DNA of 64,000 bases from an uncultured virus (IMG/VR IMGVR_UViG_3300032047_003368) (lineage: Duplodnaviria; Heunggongvirae; Uroviricota; Caudoviricetes). Both the position numbers and the translations under genes were made by a program. The notes beneath the pieces were generated by a model. It did no database searches and was not told the origin of the DNA. It saw only the letters and a program-made list of their open reading frames with translations. Location of the stretch: the IMG/VR virus record IMGVR_UViG_3300032047_003368; one strand, 5' to 3'. Below are positions 8,374 through 15,833 of this stretch, in pieces. Each line of letters begins with the position of its first letter. The stretch's first letter is position 1.

Positions 8374-9363
8374 TCACACAACAAGCAGATTTTCTGCTTC
8401 GTGTTGTTCAAGCAACTGACAAATTGCATAATCTTTTGCTTTTACTTCACATTCCCATTTGATTGAACGATATGCCATTGGTGGAAAGAAGTTGTCGGTA
8501 TAATAATCACGATGACTACGCATTTTATCTTCTTTGCCTTCTGACCAATGAAACACAGGTTCTACATCGTTTGACCAAGTTTCCAAGCAAAGGTTCATAT
8601 TTGTTTCTACATCGTTGTCACACGTGTTGTTGCAGACGTCGTGGAGGTTGTCGTAGCATATCGGAATAGCAACATCGTAATTGTCTTTAAGATACTGATG
8701 AAACAACAATATGTGTTGCACACTAAAAAAACCTTTGTCTTCGTTTTCTAATGTCAAACGATTACGAACACTATCATTACATTGTTTAAATGCGTTGTAA
8801 AAACGATCACCTACATCTGCGACTTGTTCTGCAATAGATGCAGTTTTGTTGCTTGGACTAGCATTGATATGAATATTCACAGGTACGGTATAATCCTTGG
8901 GCATATTCATTTTGTCAATGATGCTTGTTTGAAAGTTGAGTTCTGCGATAGTTTTAATAACAGATGCTTCATTAAGAGAAGCAAGTACATTGAATTGATC
9001 AGGATGACTTCCAATGCTTACAGATGAATTGCGTATTTGTTTACCAAGTTTCTCAAGGTCAGAGGTAATTTGTGTGTGATTATGCAACTTCTCGTAAGTA
9101 AGATCAAGTGTAGGGTCTGTAATAAGAGGAAAACCTGCACAAGTAAGACGATAATGCGATATACCTTTTGATTCACAATGATCAATCACTATTCCTGTAA
9201 CTTCTATGTTTGTAAGAATTCTTCCCGACAATTCTTTAATAGCATAATCACGATCATATAATGCAGTTAAATCATTGAATCGTTTGCGAGTCATTGTGCG
9301 AAACGCAATTTCTTTATTGATGCTTTTTAGTTGTTCAGAGATGCAGACAAGTCCTAGTTTCAT
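8374..9363 (-). CDS. uvsE: UV-damage endonuclease
   Basis: MKLGLVCIS, HPDQFNVLAS, NIH, LTLENED, DNLH, HWSEG..H.D, ECEVKAKD. Confidence 0.92.
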   Translation of the reverse strand: MKLGLVCISEQLKSINKEIAFRTMTRKRFNDLTALYDRDYAIKELSGRILTNIEVTGIVIDHCESKGISHYRLTCAGFPLITDPTLDLTYEKLHNHTQITSDLEKLGKQIRNSSVSIGSHPDQFNVLASLNEASVIKTIAELNFQTSIIDKMNMPKDYTVPVNIHINASPSNKTASIAEQVADVGDRFYNAFKQCNDSVRNRLTLENEDKGFFSVQHILLFHQYLKDNYDVAIPICYDNLHDVCNNTCDNDVETNMNLCLETWSNDVEPVFHWSEGKEDKMRSHRDYYTDNFFPPMAYRSIKWECEVKAKDYAICQLLEQHEAENLLVV

Positions 9364-9369
9364 TGTATT

Positions 9370-9398
9370 AATATAGTATAGTTATTATAAAAAGTCAA
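9370..9398 (-). promoter_or_regulatory. sigma70 promoter; uvsE transcript probably leaderless
   Basis: TTGACT-TTTTATAATAACTATAC-TATATT, 6 nt before the ATG. Confidence 0.75.
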
Positions 9399-9400
9399 AT

Positions 9401-9616
9401 TCATTTTTTGAATGCAGGGTAAAATCTTACACTCATATAATCATCTGTTGAATCAAGTGCTTCTATTTCTGATATAATCCATCCCATATTTGCTAATCTT
9501 GGATAAATAATTGGAAAATACTTTTTGCGACAACGATACAAAATGCAGTTGTCTATATCAATTATATCATGTTGCGTTTCCGCAAATTCTTCAAGAAGTG
9601 CAATTACCTTGGACAT
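9401..9616 (-). CDS. Hypothetical protein
   Basis: MSKVIALL start overlaps the upstream TGA. Confidence 0.7.
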   Translation of the reverse strand: MSKVIALLEEFAETQHDIIDIDNCILYRCRKKYFPIIYPRLANMGWIISEIEALDSTDDYMSVRFYPAFKK

Positions 9617-9981
9617 CAAGAAACAACGACAATAGCAACGCAACAAGCAAACGTAACACCCGCGGGAATAAACTTTATGAATTTATCTTTTACACGATAA
9701 TGCATTAACAATGCAGATGCCATAAAAAATGCCATTGCCAATGCAGTCGGTACAGTCATAAATGGAAAAAATATTGCAACGATCAAAGCAACTGCAAGCA
9801 TTGGTTTTATTAAACTTGTATACAAAAAGATTTTTTCACTAAGACCAAACTCAACGAATTCTTCTCTTAATGTTTTTGCTGATCCACCACGATATTTTGT
9901 TGGTTTATCTGAACGGAAAGTCCATACGTTAAAAATAACAAGTGCGACAAACACCTGTAGTAATATTGCTACTTCATTCAT
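9616..9981 (-). CDS. DoxX-like membrane protein
   Basis: 4 TM; NVW..R..T.YRGG.A.TLREEF..FGL and MHYRVKD motifs. Confidence 0.8.
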   Translation of the reverse strand: MNEVAILLQVFVALVIFNVWTFRSDKPTKYRGGSAKTLREEFVEFGLSEKIFLYTSLIKPMLAVALIVAIFFPFMTVPTALAMAFFMASALLMHYRVKDKFIKFIPAGVTFACCVAIVVVS

Positions 9982-9982
9982 A

Positions 9983-10129
9983 TCAATTAAAAATAAATCC
10001 TAAAATTATAAAAATTATTATATAAGGAGTCAACCAAAATATTGACTCGGTTACGCAACGACTCCAAAAGTCAATGTATTCTTCTTGCATTTGTTGAATT
10101 TCTTTTTGAGATGGTTTTCGTTTTGCCAT
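9983..10129 (-). CDS. Small membrane-anchored protein
   Basis: MAKRKPSQ... with C-terminal TM; ATG 10129 abuts the upstream stop. Confidence 0.6.
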   Translation of the reverse strand: MAKRKPSQKEIQQMQEEYIDFWSRCVTESIFWLTPYIIIFIILGFIFN

Positions 10130-10130
10130 T

Positions 10131-10475
10131 TTACTTTTTGAATGCAGTTCGCACTTCTGCCAATAACTCTTCAACCTTTGGTTCAGGAAGAACAATATTT
10201 GGAGTTTCGGAATCGTCCATACACGCACTTAAACTTACAAGTGTTTCAACAAGATCAATAGAATCAGTATCTGAATTGCATACAAGTTCGTGTACATTGC
10301 AAGAACATCCTGAGTTTATTTTACCAGGATCACAAATAATTTTTCTGCCGAACTTTTGAATCTTTTCATCGTTAAGTTTTTTAATTGCATTTTTAATTGT
10401 GTCCCGAATTTCTGCTTGCGTAAAATAATCGGAATTATATGTAACATCCACTTCAAATTTACATTTCTTTGTCAT
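10131..10475 (-). CDS. Hypothetical protein
   Basis: 114-aa ORF. Confidence 0.7.
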   Translation of the reverse strand: MTKKCKFEVDVTYNSDYFTQAEIRDTIKNAIKKLNDEKIQKFGRKIICDPGKINSGCSCNVHELVCNSDTDSIDLVETLVSLSACMDDSETPNIVLPEPKVEELLAEVRTAFKK

Positions 10476-10510
10476 AACATATAATAAAGTAAACTATAAC
10501 GAAATGTTTG

Positions 10511-10822
10511 TCAATGTTCTTCTTCGTAAATTTCAAGTCCTTTTTCTGAAATATAATCACACGTGGAACTTAGAAGTCCATCACACCTCATAATTTCTCC
10601 GTTGGAATTTACTTCAAATACACCTTTGTCACGAACCATTGAATGACCATCTTTGTTTTGACCCGAATAAACCAGTGTTCTGCCGAGTATGCTTCCGTCG
10701 TCTCGTTCTTGATCTATTTCATAGCACATTTGAATTGCACCATAATTAAAATCTTCGGCATCTTCAAATTCGTGAAAATACTCTGAAAATGCTTGTAATG
10801 TTGCTTTTACTTGTGGTGTCAT
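10511..10822 (-). CDS. Acidic hypothetical protein
   Basis: 103-aa ORF, ATGA overlap. Confidence 0.7.
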   Translation of the reverse strand: MTPQVKATLQAFSEYFHEFEDAEDFNYGAIQMCYEIDQERDDGSILGRTLVYSGQNKDGHSMVRDKGVFEVNSNGEIMRCDGLLSSTCDYISEKGLEIYEEEH

Positions 10823-11193
10823 GACGCATTAGTGGGGACGCAATCAACATAATCCTTTTCTTCCAAGAAAAATCCTTGGTCACGTGCAGAATCATTTCGA
10901 CCTTGAAATCCAGGTTGATTATTTTCTTCGTAACAAGCAGTATGATAAAAAGTTGCTTGATGTTCATTGTCTAAACAAATGCTTTCAGCATTTTCATCTA
11001 TATCCCAATTATCTCCAAATGCGTGTTCATCGGTACGATTGCCAATGTTTCCATATCCGTCATATTCTCCTTGAACTACTTCTCCTGTTTCAAGAACCAT
11101 CGTAATCTTGTTCATCCAATCAATTTGCTTGGGTGAATACGGTGACACGATGCTTTTTCCACAACACTTACAATTCCAACTAAAAAATCCCAT
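10819..11193 (-). CDS. Conserved phage protein, putative Zn-binding
   Basis: MGFFSWNCKCC..., GEYDGYG, H..C motifs; GGAG SD upstream. Confidence 0.8.
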   Translation of the reverse strand: MGFFSWNCKCCGKSIVSPYSPKQIDWMNKITMVLETGEVVQGEYDGYGNIGNRTDEHAFGDNWDIDENAESICLDNEHQATFYHTACYEENNQPGFQGRNDSARDQGFFLEEKDYVDCVPTNAS

Positions 11194-11220
11194 TTTATTT
11201 ATCTCTCCTTTTATTTATTA

Positions 11221-11412
11221 TTAATATAGCACATTGTGCTGAAATTCAACCATTGCATCGGCAGTTACCATCACATGACGGATAACTTCTCGTTCGTCTT
11301 CGGTTACCTGTAATGTTTCAATATTGCTACGAACATCCCAAATAGGACCAATATCGTTTTCAAGCATTGCGTTACTTAGACTCAAAATTGTTTGTTTTGC
11401 TATTTCTGTCAT
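11221..11412 (-). CDS. Hypothetical protein
   Basis: MTEIAKQ start just after the upstream stop at 11417. Confidence 0.6.
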   Translation of the reverse strand: MTEIAKQTILSLSNAMLENDIGPIWDVRSNIETLQVTEDEREVIRHVMVTADAMVEFQHNVLY

Positions 11413-11416
11413 TTTA

Positions 11417-11860
11417 TTAAACTGATGTTTCGTGATACAATTCTTCTTCAATTCTGTCAATCTCGGAAACTGCATCTGGTTCCATAGTTACATAATAATC
11501 CAATTCCCTACGAAGGTCTTGAAAATGATTTGCAACGTATGTCTTAAAATCAAGCAACGAATCATCAAATTTTGCTTCGCAAGGAACACAAGCACTTATT
11601 GCGTGGGCCATTGCAAGAAATGCTTCATCAGATGAATCACGAACGTGACTCCAATCAAACAACATATCCTTCATTGATTCTGAATACATATTATTTGATT
11701 TTTCCGACAAATTTCCGAAACCATCTGCGTGATAAAATCTAATATCTCCATCTTGTTGATTGTTGATATGCTCAGTGTTTTCACCAGTATGATGAAGAAA
11801 CGACATAACATAATCGTTTGCCAACTTGGAAATCACGGGATTGCTTAGTTCAATATTCAT
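11417..11860 (-). CDS. Hypothetical protein
   Basis: First gene behind promoter copy B; ORF-track start 11944 is an artefact of the promoter TTG. Confidence 0.75.
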   Translation of the reverse strand: MNIELSNPVISKLANDYVMSFLHHTGENTEHINNQQDGDIRFYHADGFGNLSEKSNNMYSESMKDMLFDWSHVRDSSDEAFLAMAHAISACVPCEAKFDDSLLDFKTYVANHFQDLRRELDYYVTMEPDAVSEIDRIEEELYHETSV

Positions 11861-11897
11861 TTTCTCTCTTTTGTTTGAATTTTTAATTTGGTTATTA

Positions 11898-11955
11898 CTC
11901 ACTCTCAATACAAGTATACTACCAAAATTATTATAAAAAGTCAAGCATTATTTTT
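11898..11955 (-). repeat. 58-bp perfect repeat containing a sigma70 promoter (copy B)
   Basis: Identical to 8199-8256; supplies the last codons and TGA of the rhomboid gene. Confidence 0.9.
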
Positions 11956-12525
11956 CACAGACAATGATTTTCTCCAAATTAAACCGAATAACAATCCAGT
12001 TGTCGCACCACCGAGATGTGCATAATGTGCAATGTGCGTAACAGGATTGTATAATATGAAATACAACTCACTCACTACATAAAACATCACTATCCAAAAA
12101 GCAGACACACTAAATGATGTAAATAATACATTGAACTTTTCGTGTGGAAACAAACATGAAAACGCAAGCATCACACCAAATACCCCACCCGATGCACCAA
12201 TAGTTACTTGATTAAACTCGGATGTAAGTGTTTGTATACACCCACCTCCGATCACACTTATCAAAAATAACATCAAGAAATTCCAAGTTCCAAGTAAATT
12301 TTGGATTCTTGATCCAAACATTGCAAGAAGTATGATGTTTACGCATATATGATAAGCATTGCCGTGCAAAAATCCATACGAAACCAACTGCATTACATTG
12401 AAATTAGGATTATCAAAACTTGCAAGACCAAAAGTTTTTAATACAATCGGTGAATAGATGTGTTGCAACAAATAAAATATTGCACATACCCAAATTATTA
12501 GTCTGACTCCACCTCTATGAATCAT
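11941..12525 (-). CDS. Rhomboid intramembrane serine protease
   Basis: YGFLHG..H...N, GASGG catalytic Ser, AHYAHLGG catalytic His, ~6 TM. Confidence 0.92.
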   Translation of the reverse strand: MIHRGGVRLIIWVCAIFYLLQHIYSPIVLKTFGLASFDNPNFNVMQLVSYGFLHGNAYHICVNIILLAMFGSRIQNLLGTWNFLMLFLISVIGGGCIQTLTSEFNQVTIGASGGVFGVMLAFSCLFPHEKFNVLFTSFSVSAFWIVMFYVVSELYFILYNPVTHIAHYAHLGGATTGLLFGLIWRKSLSVKNNA

Positions 12526-13205
12526 TTCTTAGAACGTTTAGATTTCATCCAAAGTTTAGCAAGCAGAAATCCACCTAAACCCCCTGCCAAATGAGCAACG
12601 TGAGCAACATTTGGTTGTGGATTATACAACAACATATAAATCTCACCTATCACATAAATACCGATAATTAATCGTGCAGACATTGTTGTTTTAAACCAAG
12701 GTAATCCAAGACGTTGCTTTGGAAACAAAGTTGTATACGCAAGCATTATACCAAAAACACCAGCAGATGCTCCTACCGTTATTCTATTGAATGTTGTTAA
12801 TGCTTCACGACCATACTCTGTGGACATTTTAATTTGCTCAAAAAAATCAGTGGGTGGTAACGGAAAGTATGTTCCAAACGCACTATTTACCAAAATCATT
12901 TGATTTATCTGTTGTGCAATACCACCACAAATTATTGTAATTACAAACAACACAAACAAATTTCTTATACCAACTTCATTTTCTATTTTTGTTCCGAAAA
13001 TCGCAAGCATAAACATATTCACAAAAATATGCATTGCATCTCCGTGAAGAAATCCATACGTCAAAAACTGAATTGAACTGAAGTTTGGATGGCCAAGATA
13101 TGCCATTCCGAAAAGTTCGTGTGTAATTGGAAAATACAAATGTTGCAATAGATAAAATATTGCACACATCCATATAATAATTCTAACACCTCCTGAGTAC
13201 ATCAC
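12522..13205 (-). CDS. Rhomboid intramembrane serine protease
   Basis: YGFLHGDAMHIFVN, GASAG, AHVAHLAG; extra ~35-aa loop. Confidence 0.92.
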   Translation of the reverse strand: MMYSGGVRIIIWMCAIFYLLQHLYFPITHELFGMAYLGHPNFSSIQFLTYGFLHGDAMHIFVNMFMLAIFGTKIENEVGIRNLFVLFVITIICGGIAQQINQMILVNSAFGTYFPLPPTDFFEQIKMSTEYGREALTTFNRITVGASAGVFGIMLAYTTLFPKQRLGLPWFKTTMSARLIIGIYVIGEIYMLLYNPQPNVAHVAHLAGGLGGFLLAKLWMKSKRSKK

Positions 13206-13402
13206 ACACTATAAAACATATTAGGACCTGAAATTACAAAGTTGAATTTATCTTTATTGTTTTGAAATTCTCTTGCTTCGTTCAAATACCCAATTGCATC
13301 ACTCTCATTGTTAAATTTCTTTTTTAGAATCAATTGGTTGGTTGAACGATTCGTAATCGTGAGGGTGTGAGGTAACGATGCAAAATTGGTATAACTCTCC
13401 AT
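13202..13402 (-). CDS. Hypothetical protein (66 aa)
   Basis: ATG 13402 in the frame of track ORF 13202-13462, 2 nt after the peptide-gene stop. Confidence 0.6.
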   Translation of the reverse strand: MESYTNFASLPHTLTITNRSTNQLILKKKFNNESDAIGYLNEAREFQNNKDKFNFVISGPNMFYSV

Positions 13403-13404
13403 AC

Positions 13405-13479
13405 TCAACATTTCCACAAAATAATCATTACGATTGTTAAAGTTAAAAGAATTAATCCCCACGGTTGTTTTTCATTCAT
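13405..13479 (-). CDS. 24-aa single-TM peptide MNEKQPWGLILLTLTIVMIILWKC
   Basis: Hand-translated; lies between the promoter at 13485-13513 and the next ATG. Confidence 0.55.
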   Translation of the reverse strand: MNEKQPWGLILLTLTIVMIILWKC

Positions 13480-13484
13480 ACCTA

Positions 13485-13513
13485 AACATACAACATATAA
13501 ATTAAAATTGCAA
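13485..13513 (-). promoter_or_regulatory. sigma70-type promoter of the rhomboid operon
   Basis: TTGCAA-17 nt-TATGTT directly after a terminator. Confidence 0.55.
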
Positions 13514-13534
13514 CACTTATTTTAATGATTTCGC

Positions 13535-13562
13535 AAAAAAAACCACCTCCGAGAGGTGGTTT
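13535..13562 (-). terminator. Rho-independent terminator
   Basis: ACCACCTC-tcg-GAGGTGGT hairpin followed by a T run on the minus strand. Confidence 0.9.
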
Positions 13563-13590
13563 CTAATCAACTACCAACTTTGATCACGAT

Positions 13591-13890
13591 TTACTCATAA
13601 TCGTCTTCGTCATACTCATCTTCGTCTTCGTCATCAAATTCTCCAAATGCGTCACGCATATAAGGTGATACTGCATTCATATCATAAGTGTTTTCATCAT
13701 ACTCATCGTAATCTGCTTCGTTTTCATCTTCAAGGACGGTGTCAAGTTGTTCGTATTCTTCTTGCACATCTTTCTTGGTTGGTTGGATTACATAATCAGT
13801 TGCTGATCCTTCTTCTACGTCTTTTTCTGCTTTCAATTCCGCAAATAATGATTGAAAAGCAAGAGGTAAATCTTTAATTTGTTTTTGCAT
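13591..13890 (-). CDS. Highly acidic small protein
   Basis: 99 aa with long D/E tracts. Confidence 0.8.
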   Translation of the reverse strand: MQKQIKDLPLAFQSLFAELKAEKDVEEGSATDYVIQPTKKDVQEEYEQLDTVLEDENEADYDEYDENTYDMNAVSPYMRDAFGEFDDEDEDEYDEDDYE

Positions 13891-13907
13891 TTGTATTAAA
13901 TAAAGTG

Positions 13908-14498
13908 TTAATTAATAGGATTATGAGAATAACGAGAATTGTGCGAAGATGAAATTTGAACAGATTCTCCGTTACGAATTCTTTCAAGTTGTTGTTGTGC
14001 TTGGATTTCACGTTGACGATACTCTTTTAATGCTCTACGACGTTCTTGTTGGATTCGTAGAATTTCCATTTCACGATTAAGTTCTGCTTCACGTTGCTCT
14101 GCACGATGACGTGCTTGAGTTAATTCATCTGAAGAAGATGTTGGTGAGCCACCAACCGTAGAAGATGATCGACGAGTTTGTTGAATACGATATTGACGTT
14201 GACGTTCAAGTTCACGTTGATGTGCTTGTTCACGTGCGATTTGCTCGTGTCGCTGTTGTTCTTCACGAACATCGTGGCCCTTGCCACTTTTGTTTCCGAT
14301 GATCATACCAAGAACAGAACCAATAATGATTCCTTCTTTTTGCTTGCCGTGTTGATGTCCGATAATTCCACCGATAGTTGCTCCACCTAAAGCACCACCA
14401 ACGGTGCGTGAAGTTTGCTTTGATCCCCATCCGTCATTGGCAGACAAACTGCTTGCAACAAAGAAAGATGTGAGTATTAGTATTATTGTATTTTTCAT
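13908..14498 (-). CDS. Exported glycine-zipper protein with coiled-coil tail
   Basis: Signal peptide, GGALGGATIGGIIGHQ...GIIIGSVLG, Q/R/E-rich helix. Confidence 0.85.
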   Translation of the reverse strand: MKNTIILILTSFFVASSLSANDGWGSKQTSRTVGGALGGATIGGIIGHQHGKQKEGIIIGSVLGMIIGNKSGKGHDVREEQQRHEQIAREQAHQRELERQRQYRIQQTRRSSSTVGGSPTSSSDELTQARHRAEQREAELNREMEILRIQQERRRALKEYRQREIQAQQQLERIRNGESVQISSSHNSRYSHNPIN

Positions 14499-14531
14499 AA
14501 TTTTAGTTGATTTAATCTTGATTATGTATAT

Positions 14532-14560
14532 ATAGTACCAAAGTTACTGTAAAAAGTCAA
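14532..14560 (-). promoter_or_regulatory. sigma70 promoter (repeated family)
   Basis: TTGACT-TTTTACAGTAACTTTGG-TACTAT. Confidence 0.8.
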
Positions 14561-14583
14561 CACTAAAGTTATAAAAAGTCGAT

Positions 14584-15453
14584 TTATTTTGAAGATTTTT
14601 CAAGAAGTTCAAGAATATCCGTGGATTCGAGTTTGTCGTGAGTCTTCGCAACGAATCCGTTTTTGTGAGCAAATAATATTCGTTCATCACTTTCGATTTT
14701 AGAAAAATCAATTTTAGAAGAATCGTTCAAACGAAACAAACAATATCCTTCTCCACGATCATCGTGAGTAATTGTAGCAACTGCATTCGGATGATTTTCC
14801 GCAACATATGCGTTCAATGCAAATGACGGATCAGTGTCACCAAGAATACCAAGAGAAAACACGACTTCGTTTCCATATACCAATGATGTGGTAATTGAAT
14901 CAGATAGTTGTGTCCATCTACCCGTGAATTGTTCAAGTGTATTTAAAAGTTCAGACCCAAATGAAGTCATCAGTTCAATCATCGTTTCGTTAACTTCGGT
15001 GGATTTTGAAAACATATGAAGAATAACTTCTTCTATCGGAGAAAATGTTGCATCTGAAATTTTGTTCCATTCAATTCCAAGTTCGCTTGCTACATAATGA
15101 GGACCCTTGCTATCAAACTTTTCTGTGGATTCTAGCCAACGAAATCCTCGTATGGATTCATCATAAATGGTCATATCTTTCAACAAAAGAGTCAACGCAC
15201 ACACAGGTGCATGGTCACGATCAAACTGATGATGATCAAAATTTGAAAGTTCCGGTTCGTGTCGTTCTCCAACATCTCCTACTACCACATATGGATTATT
15301 CAGTTCTGCTTCGATTGGATTCTTGCGTTCAACCATCGGAACTACATTATGTTCTTTGCACATGGCAAGAACGAAGCACACGAACAAAAAGTCATCTCTA
15401 TGTGCGTGTCCTGGATGAACTATTATTTTTCCTACTTTTTGAAAATCTATCAT
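14584..15453 (-). CDS. MYG1/UPF0160-like metal-dependent hydrolase (DHH-like)
   Basis: HPGHAHRDD, GDVG...NFDHHQ, FAHKNGF.AK. Confidence 0.85.
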   Translation of the reverse strand: MIDFQKVGKIIVHPGHAHRDDFLFVCFVLAMCKEHNVVPMVERKNPIEAELNNPYVVVGDVGERHEPELSNFDHHQFDRDHAPVCALTLLLKDMTIYDESIRGFRWLESTEKFDSKGPHYVASELGIEWNKISDATFSPIEEVILHMFSKSTEVNETMIELMTSFGSELLNTLEQFTGRWTQLSDSITTSLVYGNEVVFSLGILGDTDPSFALNAYVAENHPNAVATITHDDRGEGYCLFRLNDSSKIDFSKIESDERILFAHKNGFVAKTHDKLESTDILELLEKSSK

Positions 15454-15698
15454 AATTGTTTGGGAGTGATGATGGTGGACCCGGCAGGATTTGAACCTGC
15501 GACCAAGAGATTATGAGTCTCCTGCTCTGACCGCTGAGCTACAGGTCCCAAAAGTGCTGAATGTATTTTGTTTTTCAAATTTGTGTAAAATAATATCCTA
15601 CGAGGTATATTATTGTCAATGGCATTTTGCAAATTAGTTTCTGTATCATTTGCGATTATCAGCAATTCTTCGGTTGTTAGTTCAATTGAATGTTTCAT
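15450..15698 (-). CDS. Hypothetical protein whose 3' part reads through the tRNA
   Basis: ATG 9 nt after a -10 box; stop overlaps the MYG1 ATG (ATGA). Confidence 0.55.
   Translation of the reverse strand: MKHSIELTTEELLIIANDTETNLQNAIDNNIPRRILFYTNLKNKIHSALLGPVAQRSEQETHNLLVAGSNPAGSTIITPKQL
15473..15548 (-). tRNA. tRNA with CAU anticodon, most likely tRNA-Ile2 (lysidine type); CCA encoded
   Basis: GGACCTGTAGCTCAGCGGTCAGAGCAGGAGACTCATAATCTCTTGGTCGCAGGTTCAAATCCTGCCGGGTCCACCA, 76 nt; C4-G69/C5-G68 pairs; no initiator features. Confidence 0.92.
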
Positions 15699-15707
15699 AA
15701 TATAATG

Positions 15708-15736
15708 ATACTACCAAAAGTATTATAAAAAGTCAA
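15708..15736 (-). promoter_or_regulatory. sigma70 promoter (repeated family)
   Basis: TTGACT-TTTTATAATACTTTTGG-TAGTAT. Confidence 0.85.
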
Positions 15737-15761
15737 CAAAAAACTTTATATTATAAATGAA

Positions 15762-15793
15762 GAATGGACAGGAAACTTAATTCCTGTCCATTC
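15762..15793 (-). terminator. Hairpin, likely terminator after the DUF285 gene
   Basis: Perfect 13-bp stem GAATGGACAGGAA/TTCCTGTCCATTC, 6-nt loop; weak U tail. Confidence 0.7.
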
Positions 15794-15833
15794 AATGTGA
15801 CCAATAGTTGGCAGCGAACCAATCTAAATTTTA

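Noticed and set aside
8171..11944. Two ORFs sharing the N-terminus MTFYNNFGSILVLRV (7748-8245 and 11417-11944)
   Set aside because: Artefact of translating the repeated promoter from the TTG of its -35 box; real starts are ATG 8170 and 11860
15473..15548. tRNA as a prophage attachment site, or an initiator/elongator tRNA-Met
   Set aside because: No integrase or duplicated tRNA 3' end seen; it lacks the initiator C1:A72 mismatch and three G-C anticodon pairs, and the sequence fits Ile2 better
7477..15736. CRISPR array or integron attC sites from the repeated 41-58-bp element
   Set aside because: Copies are kilobases apart, non-palindromic, match a sigma70 promoter, and no cas or integrase gene is present
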